Of a DNA stretch of 64,000 bases, positions 9,472 through 20,001 are shown in pieces. The position numbers and the translations under genes are program-made. The notes under the pieces are model-generated. The model did no database searches. It saw only the letters and a program-made list of their open reading frames with translations, and had not been told where the DNA came from. Origin of the DNA: Ruminococcus sp. (GTDB lineage Bacteria; Bacillota; Clostridia; Oscillospirales; Ruminococcaceae); contig JAISHV010000040.1 in assembly GCA_031262495.1 (NCBI GenBank), positions 17,561 to 81,560 of the forward strand, written 5' to 3'. Numbering within the stretch: the first letter of the stretch is position 1; every line of letters begins with the position of its first letter.

Positions 9472-12018
9472 TTGAACGATAATCCGTTTCTTTCTGATAA
9501 ATTCACGCTTGCATCTCTCCCCGAAACGGTTATGCCGCGAACAGAATTGATTCCGCTTTATGATAAGGCGGCAAAGAACCGTTTTGTATACGTTTGTGCC
9601 CCGGCAGGCAGCGGGAAGACGGTTTCCGCACTTTTGTGGCTCGAACATTCGGAGCGTGAGGCGATTTGGATCGGGCTTGATAAATATGACTCCGTCCCGT
9701 CCGTCTTCTTCAAACAGCTTTCAATCGGGCTTTTTTCATCACAGCCCGAAAATGAAGGAATGTTGTCAATTATTTCAAAACCGACTTTTTCAGCCTCACC
9801 GATCGAGTCAACTATAGCTCTCATAAATGAAATGTACCCCGACAAAACGCCGCGTGCACTCATTTTAGACGATCTGCACCTCATAAATAACAACGAAATT
9901 TTTAAAGCAATGCCCTTTATAACAAAGCGTCTTCCGGCGAATTTTGTTGTAATAATTCTGTCGCGATTCGCACCGCCGCCTGAATTTATGCCGCTTATAG
10001 GCAATATTATCGGTTCTGAATTTCTGCGTTTTTCCGAAAGCGAAATAAGCGAATATTTCGGGAAACTCGGAGTATCTCTTACACAAAAACAGAGTAGAAC
10101 CGTCTTCAATATGACCGAAGGCTGGGTTATGGGTGTAAATGCAGTAGCTCACAGCGGCGGGATTAACTCCGGATCTGAAATTTACGGTTTCGACTTTTCC
10201 GGTTATTTTGAAACACAGATTTGGTCGGGATGGACACCCGATTTGCGAAAATTCTGCCTTGATACAGCTGTCCTTGACGAGTTCTCCCCGGAATTAGCAA
10301 AAGTTATGACTGAAAGGGAAGACGCGGCTGAAATTTTAGAAGAATTATCGAGGACTAACTCATTTTTAAGTTGTATTCACTACGACCTTTATCGCTATCA
10401 TCATATCTTTCAAGATTTCCTGCGCCGAAAACTTATCGGCAATAAGCGCGCTTCTCTGCTTAATAAAAGAGCCGCCGAATATTACAAAGAACAGAGCGAC
10501 TATACACGCGCACTGCGATATATGATTGATTCCGGGGATTGGAAGTCAATCGACGGCTATCTGCTGCTTTTTCTGTTCAAAAACCGCAGAGGCGGAATTT
10601 CAGATTACGCTGACTTTTTACGAAGATTTTTTGAAGACGATTTCCCTGAAAAGGCTTATCGCGAGATGCCTGTTTTACACGTTTTGGCGGCGTGGTATTA
10701 TTACATAACAGGGCATCACGAAGAATTTGCTTTCCATATGGACAGCATAATTAAAAAGCTTCCGGCGATTGCCAAAGCCGGCAATGAATTTGTCGAATTT
10801 TCAATATTAGCTTTTTCGGTCGATTTCAGAAAAACTATGAAACAAAAAGCGCAACTCTACGGATTGTTTCGCGGACTGCTTAAAAAATACACTCCGGACG
10901 GGCTTGCAACGACTATCGCAAGTTACACTCACGGCTTGCCGATTATCGCCCGAAGCAATGTTGACTACAACGAATTCGCACTTAACCCTGATTGGATGAC
11001 ACTTCTGCAAAATACCTTCGCGCCTCTCCTCGGCGCAGAGTGGGAATATCTCCGTCCGCTCATGAACGCAACATTTGCTTATGAGTGCGGACAGTTTACG
11101 GAAGCTCTGATGCTGATAGATGAAACAGAGGGGCTTATTAAACCTACGCATAAAATTGACGGACGTATCTGCGCCGCGTTTATGAAGTGCTTGATTTTAT
11201 CGCATATGGGTAAATTAAAATCGGAAGAAACCGAAGTCGCTTTTCTCGGCTTAACGAATCTTGTTGAAACAGAAGCAATGGACTTTTTGCAGAATTTAAA
11301 AGCATATAAAACAAAACAGCGGCTTTATTGCGGCGATAAAAATGCAGTTAATGAATGGCTTAATGAATACTTTGTGGTTGAGTTTGAGCAGATTGAACTA
11401 TTCAGATTGTATCAGCATTTTACTACGGCGCGTGTTTTTTTAGCAGCAGGGAAATATAAAGATGCAGAGCGGCTTTTAACAAAACTTGCCGACTACGGAA
11501 AGAATCTGAATCGCCCTATTGATGAATGTGAGGCACTTATACTCTTTGCAATTTTCTATTCCGTTACGGGAAATAAAAATAATGCAGATAACTATCTGAC
11601 AAAATCACTCGAAATCCTTTCGGATTATAAATACATAACGCTTATTGCCGACGAAGGCGCGGCTGTAGAACCGATACTCAAACGCATTTTAAACAAAGTT
11701 TCCGCCGACGGTTATTCCGGAAAACTCACTCGGAGTTATGTAAACGAAGTTTTATTATCCGCTCATGCTCAAGCGAAAAAATTCCCGCTTTATATGCATA
11801 TAAAGGACGAAAAAAATGATTCGGATATAAAACTTTCCCGCCGCCAAAAAGATATGCTCAGACTCATTGCCCAAGGTGTTCATTCTTCCGAAATCTGCCG
11901 CATAACAGGGCTTTCACTCTCAACCGTAAAGTCGCACCTTTATTTTGCATATAAAAAATTAGGCGTAAATGAATCCCTCGATGCTGTAGTTAAGGCACGG
12001 GAATTAGGACTGATTTAA
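9472..12018 (+). CDS. MalT-like STAND ATPase / LuxR-family transcriptional regulator
   Basis: Walker A VCAPAGSGKT, Walker B LILDDLH, a long helical (TPR-like) middle region and a C-terminal LuxR HTH (LSRRQKDMLRLIAQGVHSSEICRITGLSLSTVKSHLYFAYKKLGV). TTG start with an AAGAGG SD. Confidence 0.85.
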   Translation: MNDNPFLSDKFTLASLPETVMPRTELIPLYDKAAKNRFVYVCAPAGSGKTVSALLWLEHSEREAIWIGLDKYDSVPSVFFKQLSIGLFSSQPENEGMLSIISKPTFSASPIESTIALINEMYPDKTPRALILDDLHLINNNEIFKAMPFITKRLPANFVVIILSRFAPPPEFMPLIGNIIGSEFLRFSESEISEYFGKLGVSLTQKQSRTVFNMTEGWVMGVNAVAHSGGINSGSEIYGFDFSGYFETQIWSGWTPDLRKFCLDTAVLDEFSPELAKVMTEREDAAEILEELSRTNSFLSCIHYDLYRYHHIFQDFLRRKLIGNKRASLLNKRAAEYYKEQSDYTRALRYMIDSGDWKSIDGYLLLFLFKNRRGGISDYADFLRRFFEDDFPEKAYREMPVLHVLAAWYYYITGHHEEFAFHMDSIIKKLPAIAKAGNEFVEFSILAFSVDFRKTMKQKAQLYGLFRGLLKKYTPDGLATTIASYTHGLPIIARSNVDYNEFALNPDWMTLLQNTFAPLLGAEWEYLRPLMNATFAYECGQFTEALMLIDETEGLIKPTHKIDGRICAAFMKCLILSHMGKLKSEETEVAFLGLTNLVETEAMDFLQNLKAYKTKQRLYCGDKNAVNEWLNEYFVVEFEQIELFRLYQHFTTARVFLAAGKYKDAERLLTKLADYGKNLNRPIDECEALILFAIFYSVTGNKNNADNYLTKSLEILSDYKYITLIADEGAAVEPILKRILNKVSADGYSGKLTRSYVNEVLLSAHAQAKKFPLYMHIKDEKNDSDIKLSRRQKDMLRLIAQGVHSSEICRITGLSLSTVKSHLYFAYKKLGVNESLDAVVKARELGLI

Positions 12019-12032
12019 ATACTTAGTATAAC

Positions 12033-12067
12033 AAAAAACCTCTGTAGTTTAAATACAGAGGTTTTTT
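12033..12067. terminator. bidirectional intrinsic terminator
   Basis: AAAAAACCTCTGTA gtttaaa TACAGAGGTTTTTT lies between convergent genes. Confidence 0.8.
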
Positions 12068-12139
12068 GTGAATACAACCGCTTTCTGTGATGAACATTAC
12101 TGTATGTCAGCGTCTTTACTTGATAATGATTTCTTGCCG

Positions 12140-15100
12140 TTATGTTTGTTTTGTTTTGCTCTTGAGTTTCCCGTCGCTTATGATGATATTTCCGCCGCTT
12201 TTTATGAAGAAATGTACGTAACCGTTTTTGTCAACGCTGTAGGCAGTCGTAAAGCGTTTGTATTTATTGGTTTTTTCGTCATAATAGTAGAAATATAAAT
12301 CGTCGGTTTTCTTTATAACATCAAGCTTTTCAGCTATCGGTAAAACTACCTTGAGGTTTCCGCTTTGTCTTAGTGAAATTACCTCCAAGTCGTTAATAAA
12401 CCATTTTCTGAACTTATTTTCAATGGCGGTTTGCTTTTCGGTATCTGTCGAAAGCATAAGACTCTTATTTGTCTTTTCAAACGCTCCGACATCAATGTAA
12501 AGCCTTGTTGTGAGTTTCCCTTTGATATAATTATCGGCGTAAATCATTATGTCTGCATTATATTTTTGTGAGAAAGCGGCTAATTTATCAAATGTCAGGT
12601 AGCTAATCAGCTTCGCATTTTTCAGTACGATTATTATCTGCGAGTGATTTCCGCTTTTTGCAATTTCCTCAAGGTGTTTTAAGGTTTCTTTTGAATTCAG
12701 CGAACCTGTTTTGTTTAAAATATCTGCTGTTTTAACTGTTTTTCCGTTGACGATAAATTCTGCTTTTAAATTTCCGCTGCTATCGGGATTCGCGTTTATT
12801 ATCGTATCGGGGTAAACAGCATAACTGTCACTGAAACTTCCGTCACTGCCGGTATAGTTATTATTACCGGGATTATTATTATTATTATTGTCGTTATCGC
12901 CGTCACCGTCACCATCGCCGTCACCATCTCCGTCACCATCGCCGTCACCGTCACCATCACCGTCGCCGTCACCATCGCCGTCGCCGTCACCATCGCCGTC
13001 TCCATTATCGTCTGTGTCTTCATCGGGGATTTCTGTATACGGAATATCTAAAAGTCTTGCCGAAACATTACCCGCTTCATCTGTTGCTGTGAGGTACATC
13101 ACTGTTAGTGCATCAGTTGTCGTAAGATTCTTTTCAAACAAACCGCCGTTTACTTCAACAGGTTCATCATTAATCATTACAGAAGCGCCCGGTTCGGTGA
13201 ATCCATTCACTTTCAATGCCCCTTCGGGAGCGGTGAAACTGCCATCATCTACACTTAAAATCGGTGCTGCCGTGTCAAGCGAAATAATTACACCCGAAAC
13301 CGTTTTATCGTTATTGCCCGCATCTGCTGTAACCTTTATGTTATAAATACCGTCGCCGCCGTCAAGATTAAGTGCAACTTCACCGCTTGTTACTTTCCCT
13401 GCCGATGTGTATATAGGCATTTCGGTTGATATGCCGCTTTCTGTCTCAACTAAAGATACAACAATATCCGCTTCTTCCGAGGATGTAAAAGTAAGTTTTT
13501 GTTCAGCGATATTTGTCGCTATATAGCTTGTGTTGCCGTTTTGGTCGGTTATGTTATTGCCGCTTTCTAATGCAATCGAAAGTTCCGGCGTTTTCGGTTC
13601 TTCCAAGTTGTAGTTCGCTGAAATGATATTGCCGAGAATCGGTAAAGTATAAGTTTCGCCTGTTTCGTCTATACCGTCGTATTGTTTGTTTTTAACCGCC
13701 TGAACATTTACTCTGTATGTTCTGCCGAATTCAAGTCCTACTCGTTGACTTTCGCTTAATATTTCGCCGTCTTCGTCTGTAATCGGTGCGGTAATGAACA
13801 TTCCGCCCTGAATTATCGCGGAGGTTTCTGTCGTTTGAATAGCTGTTACCCCGTCAATTTCAGTGCCGTCTTCATTTAAAATTGTAACACGATAACCGTC
13901 AGCATCCGCAACTTCGTCCCAGTCAGCTTCAAATGCGCCGTTGCCTTTATAACTGAACGTCAGTTCAGTCGGAGCATCAAGAGCCTTGGGATTTGAATAT
14001 TCAAATACATCGGTGTTATAAATGCTTATAGCGTCATATTCCTCAATGTCTACTTCTTCCCCGTTTTCAAGCGTAACTGTTTCCGGGGAAATTTTCGCAA
14101 GTTCTGCGCTGATATAGTATTTGCCGCTTTCAAGTGTTTCCGGCAATGCCGAAATTATACCGATATCACCTCCGCTTGCATACGGATACCGTTCGCGGAT
14201 GCCTTCTTCTCTATCTGCCATTTCGGGGGCTGTTAAATCAAGTACAACACTGCCTGTAGCGGCTTCCATGAGTAAAAGGCGGGTGTATATATAACGATTG
14301 CTTTCAGCTACACTGTTGAGCTCCCATGTTGTTGTCAGTGTGTTATCATCGCTGTTATAAGTTGTTTCAACGTTTGTATATTCAGGCAACGCTAAAATCT
14401 CGGTGAGGGTATATGCTAAATCTGTGCTGCCGAATTTGAATGTATATTTACCGGGTTCATTAATTAAGTAGTTTGCAGATGATGTGCCTTTTTCTAAGTC
14501 ATCTGTTTGTGCAGTCTCAAACCACTGTAATGTTTCTTCTCCTACGCTTATAGTCTCAAATAATTCGTTGTTTTTGTAGACATCAATTGAAGCGTAAGTA
14601 TCGTTTGAGAAAAACGTCGCTATTTGATCCGGCTGTGCCGTAGGCGGCGACCCTGCTGCCATTTTTATAGGAGCAGTCAGTTTACGCAAGCCGGCGTTTC
14701 TGTTAACTCCCGGTCTGCTGTAGGGATTATATGAACCGGCGGTGCGGATATTTGTTATTTCAAATTCGTCAGAATCGGAAGAACGGAGCGGAGAACTCAA
14801 AGAAGAACGCAGTAAATCAAAATCTAATTGATTGCCTTTGAATTTATACGTTACGCCGATTTTCTTTTTAATGCCGGGGAACAATTTACCTGTCACAGTA
14901 CCCGAAATTTTCGTTTTGCTAAGCTTCAATTCGCCTTTTGCGCCTGCAAGTGTACCGAGAGGACCTATTTTCATTTCGGCACTTGCCCAGATTTTGCCTT
15001 CAACGTCAATGGCATTATAAAGAGCCTTTACGACTTCCTTACTCGGTGCAACGAATCCGCCTTCTTCCATAGAATCAACTGTCCAGCCGATAATTGCATC

Positions 15101-18100
15101 GCTTAAATAGTTACCGCGCAGTCGGGCATTAGCTTCAAGACCGCCTGAAATTTCAACAACTGATACATCAAGTGAAGCACTGCCGCCGAAGCCGAAATAT
15201 ACATCTACTGTCGGCAAACCGTATTCCGACGGCATTTCGCTATCCGTAATACCGTAATTATAACCGACATTCTCAAGTTTTAAGAATTTAAGAATCGTCG
15301 CTTCATCTGCATAAGCCGAAAGGCTGCCGACACCGAGTTCAATGGTTGCTTTATCGACTGAAATTATTTCGCCTGTAGCGTCCGCAATCGCGCCCATTGC
15401 CTTAACTTTAAGCGGGGGCACATAAGTGAAGTTTTTGAACACGGTTTGTGCAAGCCCGCTTACGCCGCCGCCAAATCCGTTAATGTATGCTAAAATTGTC
15501 GGCGGTACAAGGGGAACGCCGCCTGTACCCACACGGGCAAACAGACTTATTTTATCGGGCATTACAACCATAACGCCGCCGATTTCGCCCCAGCCCATTA
15601 CGAGTTCACCCTCGACATAGAGCATATCAACAAGGTCGAGTGAACCGCTTGCGCCGAATGTATGGGGGTTGACATTGGGGAGTGTGTTGATTGAGAAATT
15701 CATTGACGCTTCGCCCAGTACTGCACCGAGGCTTTCGCCGAACATACCGCCGGGAGAAAACTCAAATCCTGCTTCCGCTTTTATAGGAGGAATAGTTTTT
15801 TCTGTAAGCAGTAATTCTTCTACTGTAACACCTGCCTCCATTGCGCCCGCCAAAGCTTCCGGTACAGAAAGGAATGCAAGCCCTGAAAGACTGCATATGC
15901 CGTCGTAGAGTTTATATGTTGCGAGTTCTGCTTCGCCTATAAGGAATTCAACGCTGAAATCGTTGATACCTGTTTTGATTTCAACAGCCGCACCATCTCC
16001 GCCGCGCTCTGTAGTATATTTTTTGTCAGCAGACAGGTTCATTTCAAATGATTTGTCGCCGCCGATAGGTGCATCCAAAGTAATGGGAATGTTTTTCCAT
16101 CTTAAGTCGCCGTAATTTGCATATATTTCAACGTCTCCGTTTGTAAGCGGTTTAACGTAAAGTACATCATTGCCCTCTTCATCGTAATAGGTGAGTGCAT
16201 TGTTGATAACGGTGTTAGATTGTACCTGATAGTAGCCGTTTCCTTCGAGAATACCGCCGCGGAATATTACAATCGGTTTTTTACTGCCGAGTTCGGCTTT
16301 CATTTCGGTTTCGTTTTCATAGCCTTTTGTCGTAAAACTGCGGTCATTATTTTGTGTTATCGCGAGAATTCCGTAGCCGTCCATTGAATAAATGGGGTCG
16401 TCATATATGCTCACCGGCCGCCACTGTGACTTATAAGTATCTTCTGCTACAAAACATACTTCATAGTCGCCGACTGATTGAAACATACTCACACCGCTGA
16501 CGTCTACCATCAATGCGCCGACAGACGGCGTGCCCGAAAACGGCAATTCTATCCATTTGTCTGGGTCGTCAACGCCGTATTTTCTTGCGTAAATCGTTTT
16601 AAGCGGGCTGACACTTTCGCCGAATTCACCCGTTAAAGCAATAGTTTTTCGTTCTGATTTAAGGTAGATACCGCGCGGGGAAGCACTGTACAATCCTCTG
16701 CCGTCAGCGGTAGGCGGATTATCGTATAATGTTACCGTTACATCGCTTTCAACACCCTTAAAAGTGCTGCGTTTTTGCGTGTCTTCCTTTGCAGTAACTT
16801 TGAAAACCTGTGTTCCTTTATATTCATGTTTGGTTAGTCTAAGCCTTACTTGGTCTTTGCGCCCTTCAACTTGTTCAACATCGTAGTCCACCTTGCTTTC
16901 GCCGTCAACACCCTCAACAGACAGGAAGAAATACGGTCGGAAATCATATTTAGTTAAGCCGCCGAATTGTTTACTGCCGTCAACTACAGGGTCATGGAAC
17001 TCTTCGCTGAATGTCACTAAAATTGATTCTGTAAGCTTTTCTGCGAATACGCCGCCCTCTTGTACAGCACTTATAACCTCAACAGGTGTGCGGAAATCGT
17101 TTGAAAGCGCGCCTGAAATAGTATTAGTAACCACATACCCGTCGAATGGGTCAATGGATAATACATACGGAATATAACCCGCCCCGTCCAGTGAATCAAT
17201 CTTTATGCTCCATGTATAGTTCAGCCAATCATACGTCAAAGCATCGTCAGCATTGCTCAGTGTAATAGTTGTTCCCGGGTCTGTCGGCGTAACATGAATC
17301 TTATCGGCAGTCAAGCCCTCAAATTCGCTGTTGTCTGACAATGTGAATATGATTTCGTTATCATTCCATCGCCCGTAAGGCGCGTAAAGTTTTGTCTCGC
17401 CTATCTCGTAAGCGGTTTTTATCTTTATCGGTACTTGAAGGTCTTTATAGATACTTACTGTTTCTGCCGAATCGTTAGTTACATTGTAGGTATTGCCTAT
17501 GGTGTCTGACCAGTCGTCTATTGTGACTGTTACCGTGTCGCCGTTATTCCATTTCAAGCGCGACATATAGGTATTTTGATATGTGTATGTTGCAGTAAGT
17601 CCGTCTTCGGAGAAAACCGGTCTGATACCGCCCCATGTTACATTTGCAGGTCCGAAATTCAAAGACGCGGGAGCTGTAGTCTCAATCCATCCCAAAGCCG
17701 AAGAACCGCCGAGCCTTAAATCCAAATTTGACGTAACTGTCAGTACAATTACGGTCGTATCTTCCGTACCGTCTTCGCCGTCTGCTTCTAATGTGAAACT
17801 CACATTACCTGTCTGTCGGTTTGTTCTTTTTAATACTTTGACTTCTCTTTCATAGTTATCAATATAAGTTTCGCCGACCTTGCTGTATGTCTTACTATAT
17901 TTTACTTCGGTTGAAGTACCGATTGTAACTGTAACATCATCACCGTTATCAAAGCTATCCTCGACAAGCGGAATAAACCACGTTTTTTCGTCACTGTCGC
18001 CGTTGTTTGTAAGAACCCCTTTTTCCGCACCGCTGACAGTAACATCCTCATCTTGTAGCGCAATAGCTTTATCAAACGTTAACAAAATGCCGTCTGTAGT

Positions 18101-19702
18101 TACAGATGCGCCGTATTCGTCTTTTGCTCCGCCTATTTGGGTTGCCCTTGACAGGGTGACAAGGTCGTCAAAAAAGCCGTGGCTGTCAAAATTATTTATG
18201 GCTGTCGCCGAACTTGCACTGTAATTCAGCCATCCGTCTACCGTAACAGTGACTGTGTCACCAAAGTCTGCTGTTAAGGATGTGAGGGTGACGAACCACC
18301 AATCTGACTTTAAATTTTCAGAAGTAACGTTTGTAGGGTCAGTGCTTGAATGTGATTCTGCAACATTATAAACAACACCCTCTGAAACATGGATTTTGTC
18401 TGCGGTCAATGCACTGACTTCTTGGTTGAATTCAATATAAAAGTCGATAATAGTATTTCCGCCTATTTCTTCAGCGTATATCTGCCCTTTATTACCGGTT
18501 GATCCAATCGTAAATGTCAGCGGTATGGTTCTTCTGCAGATCGGGATTTGATACTCAACCTCCGACACTCTACAGTTGCCGTCAGCCACATAATCGTCCA
18601 TTGCAAAATACAAAATAGTTCCGTCAGTGACATAATCACTGAATGTAAGGGGAACAAACCACGTGCGCGGGTCTGAGTCTCCGTTGTCGGTGAGTGTATC
18701 TCGCTCAAACTCATTGACATTCCCATCGTCTTCTAAGTACATAGATGTATAAACATCTTCATCATCAATTGTGAAATTAAACCCTGCACCAAATGTAATA
18801 AGTATGCCTGTTGTATCAGATTCACCGCTCACACCGCCCACTTGAACGGCAGTGTAATCATATACGGGAATACCTAAAACGCTGACTTCTTGAGAATTTG
18901 TGATGTGATATGTATCACTCCCATTTGTCCAGTCATTAAATCTTACTGTGAATGTATCATCCAAAGTAGGATACCAATAGGCAAAGTTAATCGTCCAAAT
19001 TTTATTATCAGCCGGATCTGCTTCAACAGACACAGCTGCGTCCTTCGGATCTTCTAAAAAATCAACCATAACAATGTCATTTAGAGTCAGACCTAATACT
19101 TCATCGCTGAAAGTGAGTCTGATTCCGGTAGTTATAGTGCTGCCCGCTACACCGCCGATTTGTGTCGCGGTGAAAGAACGCTCTAAAGTATTCGCCGCCA
19201 TCGGATCAGCCGCCTGTACATCAACAGCAGCTGCTTGCGGTTCATAAACATTCACCGTCAGTGCCGGTATGCTCACACCGTCGGCAAGCCCGAAGCCCTC
19301 TGTCGATAATAAAACAGCGGTGAACGTATAAAGCCCCGGTGTCATCGGGTCAAATGTATCGTCACCGTACCATGTTACGCCTATAGTTGATGTACCGCCG
19401 CTTTTGAGCGTTACACCGATTTCTTTGGGGAGAGCGGCTTTTAACTCAATCTCGGAAGTTACACCGCCGACTTGTAAATCAACGGTATTTTCAGGATACT
19501 CCGAAAAAGGCAGAAAAGCCGTTACCACATCTGTAATCGTCTGCGTCTCGTACACAGGCGGCGATTGTGTTGTTTCCTCTGTAACCGTTTCGCCTATTTC
19601 GCCTGTTTCACCCTCAGCTATTACCGTAAAGGGTATTGCCGTCATAATCATGGCAAAAGTCATTATAAGCGATAAAATGCGTTTATAAACTCGTTTTTTC
19701 AT
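12140..19702 (-). CDS. giant secreted/surface repeat protein (about 2520 aa)
   Basis: Signal peptide KRILSLIMTFAMIMTAIPFTVIAEGE. Many 100-130 aa Ig-like repeats open with TQIGGV/VQVGGV-type strands. It also has an FN3-like module (APTELTFSYKGNGAFEADWDEVADADGYRV), a (GD)n-Nn linker and a C-terminal module shared with 21895..27396. No LPXTG, SLH or C-terminal TM is seen. I set the start to ATG 19702 (GGAG 8 nt upstream) instead of the tracked 19741. Confidence 0.8.
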   Translation of the reverse strand: MKKRVYKRILSLIMTFAMIMTAIPFTVIAEGETGEIGETVTEETTQSPPVYETQTITDVVTAFLPFSEYPENTVDLQVGGVTSEIELKAALPKEIGVTLKSGGTSTIGVTWYGDDTFDPMTPGLYTFTAVLLSTEGFGLADGVSIPALTVNVYEPQAAAVDVQAADPMAANTLERSFTATQIGGVAGSTITTGIRLTFSDEVLGLTLNDIVMVDFLEDPKDAAVSVEADPADNKIWTINFAYWYPTLDDTFTVRFNDWTNGSDTYHITNSQEVSVLGIPVYDYTAVQVGGVSGESDTTGILITFGAGFNFTIDDEDVYTSMYLEDDGNVNEFERDTLTDNGDSDPRTWFVPLTFSDYVTDGTILYFAMDDYVADGNCRVSEVEYQIPICRRTIPLTFTIGSTGNKGQIYAEEIGGNTIIDFYIEFNQEVSALTADKIHVSEGVVYNVAESHSSTDPTNVTSENLKSDWWFVTLTSLTADFGDTVTVTVDGWLNYSASSATAINNFDSHGFFDDLVTLSRATQIGGAKDEYGASVTTDGILLTFDKAIALQDEDVTVSGAEKGVLTNNGDSDEKTWFIPLVEDSFDNGDDVTVTIGTSTEVKYSKTYSKVGETYIDNYEREVKVLKRTNRQTGNVSFTLEADGEDGTEDTTVIVLTVTSNLDLRLGGSSALGWIETTAPASLNFGPANVTWGGIRPVFSEDGLTATYTYQNTYMSRLKWNNGDTVTVTIDDWSDTIGNTYNVTNDSAETVSIYKDLQVPIKIKTAYEIGETKLYAPYGRWNDNEIIFTLSDNSEFEGLTADKIHVTPTDPGTTITLSNADDALTYDWLNYTWSIKIDSLDGAGYIPYVLSIDPFDGYVVTNTISGALSNDFRTPVEVISAVQEGGVFAEKLTESILVTFSEEFHDPVVDGSKQFGGLTKYDFRPYFFLSVEGVDGESKVDYDVEQVEGRKDQVRLRLTKHEYKGTQVFKVTAKEDTQKRSTFKGVESDVTVTLYDNPPTADGRGLYSASPRGIYLKSERKTIALTGEFGESVSPLKTIYARKYGVDDPDKWIELPFSGTPSVGALMVDVSGVSMFQSVGDYEVCFVAEDTYKSQWRPVSIYDDPIYSMDGYGILAITQNNDRSFTTKGYENETEMKAELGSKKPIVIFRGGILEGNGYYQVQSNTVINNALTYYDEEGNDVLYVKPLTNGDVEIYANYGDLRWKNIPITLDAPIGGDKSFEMNLSADKKYTTERGGDGAAVEIKTGINDFSVEFLIGEAELATYKLYDGICSLSGLAFLSVPEALAGAMEAGVTVEELLLTEKTIPPIKAEAGFEFSPGGMFGESLGAVLGEASMNFSINTLPNVNPHTFGASGSLDLVDMLYVEGELVMGWGEIGGVMVVMPDKISLFARVGTGGVPLVPPTILAYINGFGGGVSGLAQTVFKNFTYVPPLKVKAMGAIADATGEIISVDKATIELGVGSLSAYADEATILKFLKLENVGYNYGITDSEMPSEYGLPTVDVYFGFGGSASLDVSVVEISGGLEANARLRGNYLSDAIIGWTVDSMEEGGFVAPSKEVVKALYNAIDVEGKIWASAEMKIGPLGTLAGAKGELKLSKTKISGTVTGKLFPGIKKKIGVTYKFKGNQLDFDLLRSSLSSPLRSSDSDEFEITNIRTAGSYNPYSRPGVNRNAGLRKLTAPIKMAAGSPPTAQPDQIATFFSNDTYASIDVYKNNELFETISVGEETLQWFETAQTDDLEKGTSSANYLINEPGKYTFKFGSTDLAYTLTEILALPEYTNVETTYNSDDNTLTTTWELNSVAESNRYIYTRLLLMEAATGSVVLDLTAPEMADREEGIRERYPYASGGDIGIISALPETLESGKYYISAELAKISPETVTLENGEEVDIEEYDAISIYNTDVFEYSNPKALDAPTELTFSYKGNGAFEADWDEVADADGYRVTILNEDGTEIDGVTAIQTTETSAIIQGGMFITAPITDEDGEILSESQRVGLEFGRTYRVNVQAVKNKQYDGIDETGETYTLPILGNIISANYNLEEPKTPELSIALESGNNITDQNGNTSYIATNIAEQKLTFTSSEEADIVVSLVETESGISTEMPIYTSAGKVTSGEVALNLDGGDGIYNIKVTADAGNNDKTVSGVIISLDTAAPILSVDDGSFTAPEGALKVNGFTEPGASVMINDEPVEVNGGLFEKNLTTTDALTVMYLTATDEAGNVSARLLDIPYTEIPDEDTDDNGDGDGDGDGDGDGDGDGDGDGDGDGDGDGDGDGDGDNDNNNNNNPGNNNYTGSDGSFSDSYAVYPDTIINANPDSSGNLKAEFIVNGKTVKTADILNKTGSLNSKETLKHLEEIAKSGNHSQIIIVLKNAKLISYLTFDKLAAFSQKYNADIMIYADNYIKGKLTTRLYIDVGAFEKTNKSLMLSTDTEKQTAIENKFRKWFINDLEVISLRQSGNLKVVLPIAEKLDVIKKTDDLYFYYYDEKTNKYKRFTTAYSVDKNGYVHFFIKSGGNIIISDGKLKSKTKQT
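12866..13008 (-). repeat. coding low-complexity tract: (Gly-Asp)n followed by poly-Asn
   Basis: An imperfect hexanucleotide repeat (gtcacc/atcgcc) and an att run encode DGDGDG...DNDNNNNNNPGNNN. It lies in frame inside the giant gene. Confidence 0.9.
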
Positions 19703-19744
19703 TATTTTTCTCCGTTTCATTTCGTAAAGAAATTCATCCATTTA

Positions 19745-19773
19745 ATTATATCAAAAAAACTCAATAACTTCAA
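19745..19773 (-). promoter_or_regulatory. candidate sigma-A promoter of giant gene 1
   Basis: On the minus strand: TTGAAG, 17 nt, TATAAT. It lies about 40 nt upstream of ATG 19702. Confidence 0.45.
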
Positions 19774-19943
19774 ATCCTTTCACGACAACATACAATTTGT
19801 TAAATTTAAATAATCAAAATTCCCCAACCCTGATTTTAAAAGGGTTTGCGCGATTTTTGTAAAAATTTATACGCATTTTCAGTGTTTAAATGTGTTTTTT
19901 GCGACAACTGCATTAAATTTTCACGCGATTTATGCAAAAACAG

Positions 19944-19972
19944 TTGAAAATTTTTTAAAAAAATGCTATAAT
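19944..19972 (+). promoter_or_regulatory. sigma-A promoter (extended -10) of the LytTR regulator gene
   Basis: TTGAAA, 17 nt, TATAAT preceded by TGc. Confidence 0.55.
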
Positions 19973-20001
19973 GAAAAGACAAAAACGAAAGGTGGATTTT
20001 A

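Noticed and set aside
12888-13346. 152-aa plus-strand ORF beginning with (SP)n
   Set aside because: It is the antisense reading of the (GD)n hexamer repeat inside the well-supported 2520-aa minus-strand gene. It has no independent start context.
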